A stretch of DNA of 62,907 nucleotides, the filler included, from Pseudomonadota bacterium (GTDB lineage: Bacteria; Bdellovibrionota_F; JAHFAK01; JBDREC01): assembly GCA_043820105.1 (NCBI GenBank). It is 6 parts of 6 records of this genome, joined end to end, with 100 filler letters (N's around TTAATTAATTAA, not from the genome) between each part and the next. Parts side by side here need not be neighbours in the genome. Positions count along the whole stretch, not along the records: positions 39,499 to 44,584 come from JBDREC010000007.1; positions 44,685 to 62,907 come from JBDREC010000008.1; 4 more parts are not named here. One strand, given 5' to 3'. The notes beneath the pieces were generated by a model. That model was given only the letters and a program-made list of their open reading frames with translations. It did no database searches and was not told the DNA's origin. Numbering within the stretch: the first letter of the stretch is position 1; each line of letters starts with the position of its first letter. The position numbers and the translations under genes were made by a program. Shown here piece after piece: positions 39,499 to 48,736 of this stretch.

Positions 39499-39752
39499 AT
39501 GTTTCCTTAAACATTTATGAAGTGTCTATGTTTTCGGTTTATATTGCATCTGCGAATAAGCAAAATAAAGGTATATTAACAGGATTCCATAAATTTATTA
39601 ATATGTCTTTTATGCTGATTGGGACTGTCTTTTATATATTTATATCTGATTTTCTTCCAATATCTATAATCGCATTGGTTCCTGCAGTAATATTGATTAT
39701 TTCCGTATCTTATCTAATCTTAAATAGAAAGAAATTTTATGAAACAAGCTAG
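39499..39752 (+). CDS. Membrane protein, 5' partial
   Basis: Hydrophobic C-terminal fragment overlapping the kinase start. Confidence 0.5.
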
Positions 39753-42504
39753 AATAAATACTAGAATATTTTTATTTTTGATTATTATGTCTATATTGTT
39801 AGGGATTTTCTTGTTTGCTTATAGCTATTTTTTATCAAAAAAACATGTTAAAAGTATTTTTATAGAGGATAAAAGCAAATATTGTAAGCAAATTGCAAGG
39901 CTTATTGAGCCATACTTGAAAACACATAATTATTTTGAACTTTCTAAAATAGCAAATCATGTATTTGATGAAAATATTATGGAATATATTGCTGTTTTTG
40001 ACAATGATGGTAAATTAATAACACTTCATCCTCAAAAAATACAGGATAAAATAAATTCAAATCTAAAACATAAAAATTTAAATTATTTTATCGAATTAAA
40101 TGACAGAATAACATTTTATAATATAATTAAGGATAGAAATGAAAATTTATGGGGTAATCTACAGATATCATACTCAGCAAATTCTATTGAACTAGTAATA
40201 CTTAATAATCTTTTGCCTTTTCTTGTTGCATTAGGTTGTTTTATTTTTATATGGGTGATTTATTTAACATATTATACTAAATCAATTGTTAGACCTTTAA
40301 TAAATTTTATAGATAATCTTGAAGCAGTATCGAAGAAATGGCCAATTACACATGATAAATTTAGAAAAGATATTTTCCTGCCAAAATCTACCAAGGAAGT
40401 AAATGTAATATCTTGTGTTTTAAAAAATTCATTGGAAAATATTATTACTCTTGAAAAGCAGGCAAAAAAAAATGAACAGTTAGCAGCAATTGGTCAAACC
40501 ACGGCCGCTCTAGCCCATGACATTCGTAAACCTTTTACTAGCATTAAATCAATGTTGTCTATGATTGATAAATATAAAGAAGATCCAGAATTTTTATCAA
40601 AAGCTAAATCAACAGTTAATCAGACAATAGTTCATGTTGAAAAAATGATTTCAGATATTTTGGACTTTTCAAGAGAAGTGAAAGTAGAAGTAAGGCCTGA
40701 GGCGATAGTTAACATTATTGACTTTGCCATTAGATACACCTCACAGGCATTTAAAGATTTATCACTAAAGTTTGATTATAGATTAGAAAGCAAGTTTAAA
40801 CCTCTGTGTGATGATGAAAGAATGGTTAGAGTCTTTGGAAATATTATTGGTAATGCAATCGAGGCTATTGGTAAGAAAAAAAATGCCATTATTTGGGTTT
40901 ATACAAAAGAAATAATAAAAGATGATAGAACATTTGTTGAAATTACCATTGGAAATAATGGGCCGTGTTTTACAGATGAGGATATCCCCAGCCTATTTAA
41001 ATCGTTTTTTACTAAAGGGAAGAAACGAGGAACTGGTTTAGGGCTTGCTTCTGTGCAAAAGATTGTGCTTTTGCATAATGGAACTATAGATGCAAGAAAT
41101 GTAAAAGATAATAATGGAGTTGAGTTTGTCATATGTTTGCCAGCTTCAAAAGAAATTGAATATCATAAAACACATTATTTGCCTCAAGATATTAATGAAA
41201 TATTGATTGCTCATTATGTCCCTAAAGAAGATGATTATGATGCTAAGCTTAATTTCTTATCAAAGCAAAAAAATATAAAAGTTGCTTTGCTAGAAGACGA
41301 AACCCTATATAGGGCTTTTGTTAGAAACACCATAAAAAATAATGAAATTTTAAGTAATCTAATCAGCCTTTATGATGTTAATAATGTTAATGATTGTATA
41401 AAATTAATTGAAAAAGAAAATGTGGATTTCGCTATTGTTGATATTGATTTGAATGAAGAAAAAAATGGTTACGATTTTCTGAAAGAAGTAAGAGTAAAAA
41501 ACATTAACCTCATTTCAATGGTGCACTCTAATAGGTATTTGGATGAAGAAATACAGCAAGCTTATGACCTTGGAGCAAAAGCTTATGCTAGTAAGCCACT
41601 CAGCATTGAACAGCTTTCAGATTTCTTATTTAAAAGTTTAAACAAAGATACATCATATGATAATAAAAATATTAGAACAGTAAAGCTTGAAGTTGATAAA
41701 CCGGAATTATCTATTTTTATTGCCGATGACAATCTTATTATGAGAGACTACCTACATTCTATATTATTGAAAGTTTTAACACCATATAAATGCCACTTTT
41801 ATAAATTTGAATGTCCCCATGAGGTTTTAGCAAACTTTGATAAAAAGAAACCTGATATTGTCGTGAGTGATAACCATTATGCTGCTTCAGTTGAACTTTT
41901 AGGAGAAGATTTGCTTGTGAAGTTAAGAGATAAGGACAATCACGTTCTTTTATATTTGTGTTCTGATTTAAGTGAAGAGGAACTAAAAGAAAAATGCTTA
42001 AAAAGCAAAGCTAATGGATATTTTGATCCAACAGTGACTACAATTAAACTAAAAACATTGGTGATAAAGCAGATTGAGGATTATTTAGATAAGAAAATAT
42101 CAAGGGAGAGTGATGATAACCATGCAATTTCTAAATATCTTCATGATATAAATAAGCCCATCTTGAATACAGCGATTGCTTGTAAAATGATGATTACAGA
42201 GAAATCAACAAAGGATAAAGAGTTGATGGATAAACAGTTGGCAGAAATAAAAAAAGTTTACACCAATTCTAAAGATGTTTTTGAAAAAGATAAAGTGTTA
42301 TTTAAAAAGCATAAAAAGATATTGGGTGATGACTTAAAAAAACACTATGAGGAACAATTTCAATTTATAGAAACCATTTTTGAAAAACCAAATTCAGAAA
42401 ATTTTTTCGTAGATAATAACCTTAAAGAGACATTTGAAAAAGTGAATGCGTTTTTAGATAAGAATAAAAATTTAAATACACTTATAAGGAAAAATATAAA
42501 TTGA
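39739..42504 (+). CDS. Hybrid sensor histidine kinase with two receiver domains
   Basis: Two TM helices; LAHDIRKP H-box; NIIGNA, GNNGP, FFTKGK..GTGLGL; receivers LLEDE...IVDIDL...KP and IADDN...VSDNH. Confidence 0.88.
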   Translation: MKQARINTRIFLFLIIMSILLGIFLFAYSYFLSKKHVKSIFIEDKSKYCKQIARLIEPYLKTHNYFELSKIANHVFDENIMEYIAVFDNDGKLITLHPQKIQDKINSNLKHKNLNYFIELNDRITFYNIIKDRNENLWGNLQISYSANSIELVILNNLLPFLVALGCFIFIWVIYLTYYTKSIVRPLINFIDNLEAVSKKWPITHDKFRKDIFLPKSTKEVNVISCVLKNSLENIITLEKQAKKNEQLAAIGQTTAALAHDIRKPFTSIKSMLSMIDKYKEDPEFLSKAKSTVNQTIVHVEKMISDILDFSREVKVEVRPEAIVNIIDFAIRYTSQAFKDLSLKFDYRLESKFKPLCDDERMVRVFGNIIGNAIEAIGKKKNAIIWVYTKEIIKDDRTFVEITIGNNGPCFTDEDIPSLFKSFFTKGKKRGTGLGLASVQKIVLLHNGTIDARNVKDNNGVEFVICLPASKEIEYHKTHYLPQDINEILIAHYVPKEDDYDAKLNFLSKQKNIKVALLEDETLYRAFVRNTIKNNEILSNLISLYDVNNVNDCIKLIEKENVDFAIVDIDLNEEKNGYDFLKEVRVKNINLISMVHSNRYLDEEIQQAYDLGAKAYASKPLSIEQLSDFLFKSLNKDTSYDNKNIRTVKLEVDKPELSIFIADDNLIMRDYLHSILLKVLTPYKCHFYKFECPHEVLANFDKKKPDIVVSDNHYAASVELLGEDLLVKLRDKDNHVLLYLCSDLSEEELKEKCLKSKANGYFDPTVTTIKLKTLVIKQIEDYLDKKISRESDDNHAISKYLHDINKPILNTAIACKMMITEKSTKDKELMDKQLAEIKKVYTNSKDVFEKDKVLFKKHKKILGDDLKKHYEEQFQFIETIFEKPNSENFFVDNNLKETFEKVNAFLDKNKNLNTLIRKNIN

Positions 42505-42718
42505 ACCTAAAAAAAGCCCTGAACAAGTGCCTGACAAATAAGCAAAACCACTAAACCTAAAAACCCATTTTAGACCCATTTTAAAAGAATCTACAAGAAA
42601 ATTAAAGAAAATAGGGGAAAATAAAAGCAAATTAAAAAGTGGGTTAAGTTAATAATAGGATTTAATAATTCAGTATAATCGGTGTGTTGCGCAAAGGTAT
42701 GTTTTGCGCACTGTTCTA

Positions 42719-42759
42719 ATTTCCAGTCGTGCACCTTCGGCCAACTCGGTCACCTCTCC
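42719..42759 (-). tRNA. 5' half of tRNA-Ser(GGA), interrupted after the anticodon loop
   Basis: GGAGAGGTGACCGAGTTGGCCGAAGGTGCACGACTGGAAAT gives acceptor 5' strand, D arm, CACGA stem and CTGGAAA loop. The expected CGTG, variable arm and T arm are replaced by TAGAACAG. Confidence 0.85.
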
Positions 42760-42771
42760 AAAAGAGAATTT

Positions 42772-42800
42772 CTAATATTTGATTTGCTTATTTATGTCAA
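42772..42800 (-). promoter_or_regulatory. Sigma70-like promoter of the tRNA half
   Basis: TTGACA (42800-42795)-17 bp-TATTAG, 12 bp before tRNA position 1. Confidence 0.5.
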
Positions 42801-42889
42801 ATAAATTTAGTTGCTTATCTGGTTTTCTTAAAAAATAAAATAATTGTAGACTTTATACTGTGTATATTATATTAATTTTATATATCATT

Positions 42890-43315
42890 ATGAAAAAATA
42901 TTTGGATTCAAATATGACAAAAAAGGATTTGGCGAAACTTGTTCAATACTGGAAAAATGGTTCAAAAATCAACTTTGATTCAGCAAAAGAAATTGGCAAG
43001 AAAACTGAAAATTATGTTGATGCTTTGTTTCTTCTTCATTTGACGACTGAAAAAATATTAAAAGCATATTTAGTACAGGCAAGTGGAAAACATTCTCCTT
43101 TATCTCATAATTTGCTATACTTGGCTCAGCTATCATCTTTAAGATTAACTAGGGATAAAACAATACTACTTTCTGAGATTAATGAGTTTAATCTAGAATG
43201 CAGATATCCTGATGATAAATACACTATTTATAAATTAGCCAACAAGGCTATGTTTGACAATTATTTAAAAAAGATAGAAAAGTTTAGAAAATGGATATTA
43301 AGCAAATTAAAGTAA
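42890..43315 (+). CDS. HEPN domain protein
   Basis: W...S..D...A, ALF.LHL..EK.LKA, HNL..LA, ECRYPD. Confidence 0.88.
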   Translation: MKKYLDSNMTKKDLAKLVQYWKNGSKINFDSAKEIGKKTENYVDALFLLHLTTEKILKAYLVQASGKHSPLSHNLLYLAQLSSLRLTRDKTILLSEINEFNLECRYPDDKYTIYKLANKAMFDNYLKKIEKFRKWILSKLK

Positions 43316-43611
43316 TAGTTATTCAATTGCGGAAATTATTACTACAAAACAATATAAAGCCTGATTTATTTATTCTTTATGGTTCATATGCTCAAGGTAA
43401 TCAAACAGATGAAAGTGATATAGATATCGCATGTGTTTCAAGAGATTTCGGGAAAAATAGATTCAAAGAAGGAAGCTTATTAAATTATTTAATATCAAAA
43501 ATTGATGCTAAAATCGAGCTTGTACCCATAGGACTAGAAGAATACTTATCAGGAAAATCAATTTCTCCAATTTTAAATGAAATTATTAAAAATGGAACAC
43601 CATTACTGTGA
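43291..43611 (+). CDS. Minimal nucleotidyltransferase (MNT), HEPN partner
   Basis: LYGSYAQG...ESDIDI; overlaps the HEPN gene. Confidence 0.9.
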   Translation: MDIKQIKVIVIQLRKLLLQNNIKPDLFILYGSYAQGNQTDESDIDIACVSRDFGKNRFKEGSLLNYLISKIDAKIELVPIGLEEYLSGKSISPILNEIIKNGTPLL

Positions 43612-43791
43612 AGCGTAGAAAGAAAACCACAAGACGAGCCTATAGGGTACAAATAGCATTTTAGCCCAAGGGATCCTGAAACAAGTTCAATCTGACCTCG
43701 CCTTGTTCCCTTGCGCTCTTGTTCTCTTCAAAAGCGCCTGTTCCTTTTTCACCTAATGTCGCCTGGCACTTTTTTCTTTTCTGAGAATAAA

Positions 43792-44316
43792 TTAGTCTTC
43801 AGCAAGTGTAGTAATAGATCCACCCTTATAGGCGTCTGCAGAACCGGTACTATCTCTTCTTACTATTTGTTGATATTTTGCAACGGTATCGTCATTATCT
43901 AGATCTTGAAAAACAAGAATTCCAACGCTCACAGTAACGCTGTTTTTTGTGTCTACTTCAAATGTTCCATACAAATCGCCATCAGGGACATAACCAATTA
44001 TTTTACAGTCTGTATTATTGGCTACGATGCTTTGACTGCCCTGGTTTTTATCACCAGTAAGCTTGGCGAATTGTCCTGTGTTCCATGGTGTAGCAGCAGC
44101 TCCGTTTCCATTAGCTCCAGTAAATTCATGAAATTTTGCATTATTAATATTGTAATCAGCTTCAGCTGCAAACACACCATTAATAAGCATTCCAACTTCT
44201 GACTTCTTAGACTTCTTGATATAAGCCATAAAAGACGGAATCGCGATCGCTGCCAAGATGCCGATAATGGCAACTACGATCATTAGTTCAACCAGGGTAA
44301 AGCCTTTCTTTTTCAT
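43792..44316 (-). CDS. Type IVa pilin
   Basis: MKKKG|FTLVELMIVVAIIGILAAIAIP prepilin cleavage/methylation motif; AAGGAG RBS. Confidence 0.92.
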   Translation of the reverse strand: MKKKGFTLVELMIVVAIIGILAAIAIPSFMAYIKKSKKSEVGMLINGVFAAEADYNINNAKFHEFTGANGNGAAATPWNTGQFAKLTGDKNQGSQSIVANNTDCKIIGYVPDGDLYGTFEVDTKNSVTVSVGILVFQDLDNDDTVAKYQQIVRRDSTGSADAYKGGSITTLAED

Positions 44317-44352
44317 GTGGTCTCCTTTGGAAAAAGTTTATGTTATTTTTGG

Positions 44353-44380
44353 TACAGCGTACAGCGTACGGCGTACAGCG
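44353..44380 (+). repeat. Heptamer repeat (TACRGCG)x4
   Basis: TACAGCG TACAGCG TACGGCG TACAGCG; same unit reversed at about 27433-27460. Confidence 0.8.
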
Positions 44381-44449
44381 TGAAGGTGTTACCCTGCACG
44401 CTCTTTCAGTGAAGGTCCGTCTTGCACTGTTTTAACTTTGTGAAAAAAC

Positions 44450-44565
44450 AATTTTCCTCCGCGGGATTTTAGGCTTTGGCGAGTGGTCGGGCTTATAGAA
44501 TATTTCTATTTACCGTTGCGGGACAGCACCGGATTCTCACCGGATTTTCCTCTATCCAAGCCATT
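44450..44565 (-). ncRNA. Cobalamin riboswitch (short, class II-like)
   Basis: Transcript-sense GGCTTGG ATAGAGGAAA ATCCGG-TGAGAAT-CCGGT GCTGTCCCGCAACGGTAA ATAGAA-ATA-TTCTAT AAGCCCGACCACTCG CCAAAGCC. This has the T-loop hairpin, the CCCGCAACGGTAA core, a B12-box-like segment and a closing stem. Confidence 0.82.
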
Positions 44566-44584
44566 AGGTTTCAAAGTTGTTTCT

Positions 44585-44684
44585 NNNNNNNNNNNNNNNN
44601 NNNNNNNNNNNNNNNNNNNNNNNNNNNNTTAATTAATTAANNNNNNNNNNNNNNNNNNNNNNNNNNNNNNNNNNNNNNNNNNNN
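44585..44684. other. Artificial contig linker
   Basis: N44-TTAATTAATTAA-N44. Confidence 0.98.
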
Positions 44685-44808
44685 CCTGAAAATTTAAAAA
44701 AGCGTTAATTTTAGGTGCACCTTTCCTATTGTTTTTTGTTTAAATACTATCTGGAGCCTGTTTAAAGCTCTAAGGGTATCGGATTATTGCATCTTTCCCA
44801 AAGAGCAT

Positions 44809-45037
44809 TTATTTGCAATAGGCAAAAATTTGCATGATGATAAGCTCCATAGCCATTCCTTTTTTACTTTTTCTGAAATGACTGACGATATTAAATACAA
44901 GGCTAAAGAAATTTATAGATTCAATATATCTGAGAAATAGTAACAATCCACCACGACTGCTTATCTTATCATTTGTAATTTCTATTTCATTGATTATTTT
45001 TTTTGATGACTTTTGAAAAGAATTTTTGCTTTTTCAT
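44809..45037 (-). mobile_element. IS1380-like transposase N-terminal pseudogene
   Basis: After a frameshift in an A-run: IEITNDKISSRGGLLLFLRYIE...FRKSKKG......QIF. A long hairpin (45043-45118) covers its RBS; an IS-end-like GAGCCTGTTTAA lies at about 44754. Confidence 0.6.
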
Positions 45038-45473
45038 ATAACACCTATTGAGTGAAGGGTTTGTATTTTTTATAATACCTTTATAACCATTATTTATGGT
45101 TACTTCAACTCAATAGGTACTTTTTTTATGTTTTAAATCGCATCAATCTGATTTAAATAAACCCTATCAAAGAGTCCTATGATATTGTGGGTAACTGTCA
45201 TAAAAATAGAGGCTGTGGACAATTGACAGTTATCCATAATTCCATCAGGACTCTTTTATCCATGTGTCACAGAATTTTAGTGATTATCTTATTTTTTATT
45301 GAATATTTGAGTATGCACCCATTGGGTTATTTGTGAAAATATTAATCTTTTGCTTAATATCCCGACCTTATCTTGGTTTGCTCTGTTTTCTATTCTTCTC
45401 TTTTATTAAGAATCGCCTTGTTTAGGTTATAGTATAAATTTAATGATGGGATATAAGGTTAGGGAGTAAAGAA

Positions 45474-46337
45474 CTATTCTTTATCAATATCTCGATGTTT
45501 TGCTGTAACATTTAATTTTTTTTGGGAAAAAATATCTTTAAGCATTTCTACAATATAAACTGATCTATGCTTTCCACCAGTACAACCAATACCAACATTC
45601 AAATATACTTTTCCTTCTTTTTGATAATTTGGAAATAAATAATCAAAATATATCTGGGTTTTTTCAATGAATTCAGTAAGCTCTTTTTTGTTAGAGAAGT
45701 AATCAATTATTTTTTGATCTCGTCCTGTAAACATTTTTAGTTCAGGTATAAAAAAAGGATTTGGCAAGAAACGGGTATCAATGATTAAATCAAAAAGTGA
45801 AAAGTTACCATATTTATATCCAAAAGAAGTTAGTATAATATTCAAAGATTTAGATTGCTCATTTTGTGCATTAAAAGTTTTATATATATATTGTTGTAGA
45901 GTGTGAACATTTAAATCACTTGTATCAATTTTAAAATCTGCTATTTCTTCTAATTTATCAATTAATCGTCTTTCTAATTTCATAGCACTTTCAGTGCCTG
46001 AGCCTGAATCAAGCGGATGAGCTCTGCGAGATTCTCGAAAACGTCTTAGAATGAGTTCATCAGATGCATCAAGAAAAACGATTTTAATTGAATGTTTATT
46101 TTTTAATTTTATAAGCTTTTCAAAATTTTCTTCAAAAAAATCACGACTTCTGACATCTATGGCAATTCCAATATTTTTGTATTTTTTAGAAATTCCATCC
46201 ATTAAATAAAGAAATTTGTTGAATAAAGGGATAGGTAGATTATCAATACAAAAATACCCCATATCTTCAAGACATTTAACAAAGGATGTTTTGCCAGCCC
46301 CTGATACGCCAGTTATTAATAGGATATTCTGCAGCAT
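45474..46337 (-). CDS. rapZ: RNase adapter RapZ (YhbJ/YvcJ family)
   Basis: TGVSGAGKT, CIDNLP, DVRS, SFGYKYG, RFLPNP, GCTGGKHRSV. Confidence 0.95.
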   Translation of the reverse strand: MLQNILLITGVSGAGKTSFVKCLEDMGYFCIDNLPIPLFNKFLYLMDGISKKYKNIGIAIDVRSRDFFEENFEKLIKLKNKHSIKIVFLDASDELILRRFRESRRAHPLDSGSGTESAMKLERRLIDKLEEIADFKIDTSDLNVHTLQQYIYKTFNAQNEQSKSLNIILTSFGYKYGNFSLFDLIIDTRFLPNPFFIPELKMFTGRDQKIIDYFSNKKELTEFIEKTQIYFDYLFPNYQKEGKVYLNVGIGCTGGKHRSVYIVEMLKDIFSQKKLNVTAKHRDIDKE

Positions 46338-46343
46338 TTGAAA

Positions 46344-46676
46344 TTATTCCTTAAAGCCCATGTCAGTCACATCGGAGATACTTTTATGCTTATGATTTTT
46401 CATTTTATCTTTATATTTTTTAAGCTTTCGTTCAATTTTATCAACTACTGCATCAATTGAAGCGTACATATCATTTGTTGATTCAGTAACTTTAATAGTA
46501 GTTCCTTTTGTAGTTATTGTCACATCTGCGATATGATTAAATTTTTCCACTGAAAGAACTATATTGGCAGAGATGGCTTTGTCTAAATACTTTTGAACTT
46601 TTTCAATTTTATCAGTAGCATATTGTCTTAATGCCTCGGTTGTTTCCATGTGCCTGAAAGTTACATTTATGTTCAT
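46344..46676 (-). CDS. hpf: Ribosome hibernation promoting factor (short HPF/RaiA)
   Basis: MNINVTFRHM..TEAL, DMYASID...DKIER; downstream of rpoN. Confidence 0.93.
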   Translation of the reverse strand: MNINVTFRHMETTEALRQYATDKIEKVQKYLDKAISANIVLSVEKFNHIADVTITTKGTTIKVTESTNDMYASIDAVVDKIERKLKKYKDKMKNHKHKSISDVTDMGFKE

Positions 46677-46886
46677 ATTCTCTCCTTTTTTTAAGTGGTA
46701 AGTCGTAAGTGGTAAGAAGTAAGGTTTTTGTTTCCACTTTTTAACCTACCTTAAGTTAAAAATAAAAAAAATTACTCTATAATGTCTCCTTTTTTTTATG
46801 AATAATACATAGAATAAGCTTTTGGCCTGTAATTTCAAGGCCGGGATGGTTTTCAAATAATGTTTTAAGGTTTAAGTTTTTTATCA

Positions 46887-48308
46887 TTAAAATAATTGTT
46901 TTCTTTTAGAGGATGGTAAAATTCCCAACATCTCTCGGTATTTTGCAACTGTCCTTCTTGCTATGTTTATATTAGATTTTTTCAAAATTTCAACAATATC
47001 CTGATCACTATAAGGCTTAGCCTGGTTTTCCTGGCTAACAACAGTTTTTATTTTATCCTTAACAGACTCTGAAGCAATATTTGCTCCTTCAACTCTTTTA
47101 ATACCACTGTTAAAGAAAAATTTCAATTCAAATATTCCCTGAGGAGTATGTACATATTTTGAGGTAGTAACTCTAGATACCGTTGATTCATGCATATCAA
47201 TATCTTCTGCTACATCTCTTAAAACCATGGGCTTTAAGGCTGAAATACCCTTGTTTAAGAAGTCGCCTTGGAATTTAATGATACTTTCAGCAACTTTATA
47301 AATTGTTCGATGCCTTTGATGTATGCTTCGAATAAGCCAAACAGCAGATTTGAGCTTTTCATAAATGTATTCTTTTGCTTTTGCTGATGATCCTTCTCTT
47401 TGTAAGACATTTTTGTAAAATGCGCTTATTCTAAGCTTAGGCATTCCATCTTCATTTAGAGCAATTGTAAATTTTTCACCTACTTTAAAAATAAAGATAT
47501 CAGGAGTAATATATTGTGCTGAAGCATCATAAAAAGGTCTTCCAGGTTTAGGTTCAAGCTTTGAAATTTGCTTAACTGCATCAATTACATCATCTTCCGT
47601 TATACCCATGGCTTTTTGAATTGCCTTGTAATTTTTTATTTCCATGTGATGGAGATGTTCTTTAATCATTTGTTGAATTATATGTGGATTTTCTAAGCTT
47701 CTTGTTTGAAGAATAAGGCATTCTTGCAGATCTCTTGCTGCAACACCTAAAGGATCAAAATCCTGGATTTTTCTTAAAACTCTTTCAACTTCTCCTATTT
47801 CAGCCTTACATTGAGAAGCGATATCCTCGAGATCGCTTTCTAAGTATCCGTCATCATTGAGGTTGCCTATGATCATGTTTCCGATCTCATCTTCCTTTAC
47901 ATCAATAGAAGAAAGTTTTAATTGCCATTCAAGGTGGTCTTTTAATGAATGTTTTTTAGACATGGTATTTTCAAAAGAAGGAATTTCATCATCAGTAGAT
48001 AAAACAGTTCCAGAAGAAGGGGCTGAATAGCTTTGCAGATAGTTTTCCCAGTCAAAATCTTGCTGTCCTTCACCTTCACCTTTAACTTCCTCTTTTGTTT
48101 CACTTTCTTTTTCAGGATCTTTTTCTTTTTCTTCTTCCTCTGTTAGACCTGAATCTTCTTCTAAAATAGGGTTTTCTAAAAGTTCTGTTTTTAGCAAGGC
48201 TGATAGCTCAAGTCTATTCAATTGTAATAATTTTATTGCTTGCTGCAATTGAGGGGTCATAACTAGTTGCTGGCTCAATTTCAGGGTTTGACGTAAGTCT
48301 AATGCCAT
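46887..48308 (-). CDS. rpoN: RNA polymerase sigma-54 factor
   Basis: LVMTPQLQQAIKLLQL, HESTVSR, RpoN box ARRTVAKYRE. Confidence 0.98.
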   Translation of the reverse strand: MALDLRQTLKLSQQLVMTPQLQQAIKLLQLNRLELSALLKTELLENPILEEDSGLTEEEEKEKDPEKESETKEEVKGEGEGQQDFDWENYLQSYSAPSSGTVLSTDDEIPSFENTMSKKHSLKDHLEWQLKLSSIDVKEDEIGNMIIGNLNDDGYLESDLEDIASQCKAEIGEVERVLRKIQDFDPLGVAARDLQECLILQTRSLENPHIIQQMIKEHLHHMEIKNYKAIQKAMGITEDDVIDAVKQISKLEPKPGRPFYDASAQYITPDIFIFKVGEKFTIALNEDGMPKLRISAFYKNVLQREGSSAKAKEYIYEKLKSAVWLIRSIHQRHRTIYKVAESIIKFQGDFLNKGISALKPMVLRDVAEDIDMHESTVSRVTTSKYVHTPQGIFELKFFFNSGIKRVEGANIASESVKDKIKTVVSQENQAKPYSDQDIVEILKKSNINIARRTVAKYREMLGILPSSKRKQLF

Positions 48309-48421
48309 AAGAAATCTCCAAAATGTGTTAATTTATTTAACATTTAATGTTGAATAATCAGAGTAAGCGCGAACATTAATACAATATTAACACTAATTTT
48401 TTGAAATGTAAAGAGACTTGT

Positions 48422-48437
48422 TGCAAATTTTATGCCG
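48422..48437 (-). promoter_or_regulatory. Sigma54 -24/-12 motif facing rpoN
   Basis: Minus strand CGGCATAAAATTTGCA (GG-N10-GC), 113 bp upstream of the rpoN start. Confidence 0.55.
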
Positions 48438-48736
48438 ATTGTTGGCATGGCTTATAAGTGGTAAGCGGTAAGTGATAAGTGGTAAGTTTAGAGGAGATTA
48501 TTTTTTTTGATATTTTTGGAATAAGGATTTATTAAACATTCTGTATTTGCTTGCTTTATAAGTTATCATTTGATACTCATTTGTGCGAATAAATTGAATT
48601 TTATTAATAATTTTATAGTGGATCCTAGAAAAAACAGGAAAAGCTGGGTTTTTAATTCAAAATCCAAAATTTAGAATTTAAAATTTACATACAGCTTACC
48701 ACTTACCACTTATAACTTTTAACAAGGGGTAAAAAT

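Noticed and set aside
12879-44684. Recurrent TTAATTAATTAA flanked by N runs as a biological repeat
   Set aside because: Five identical 100-bp linkers with six-frame stops are scaffold artefacts; ORF ends containing X are artefacts too.
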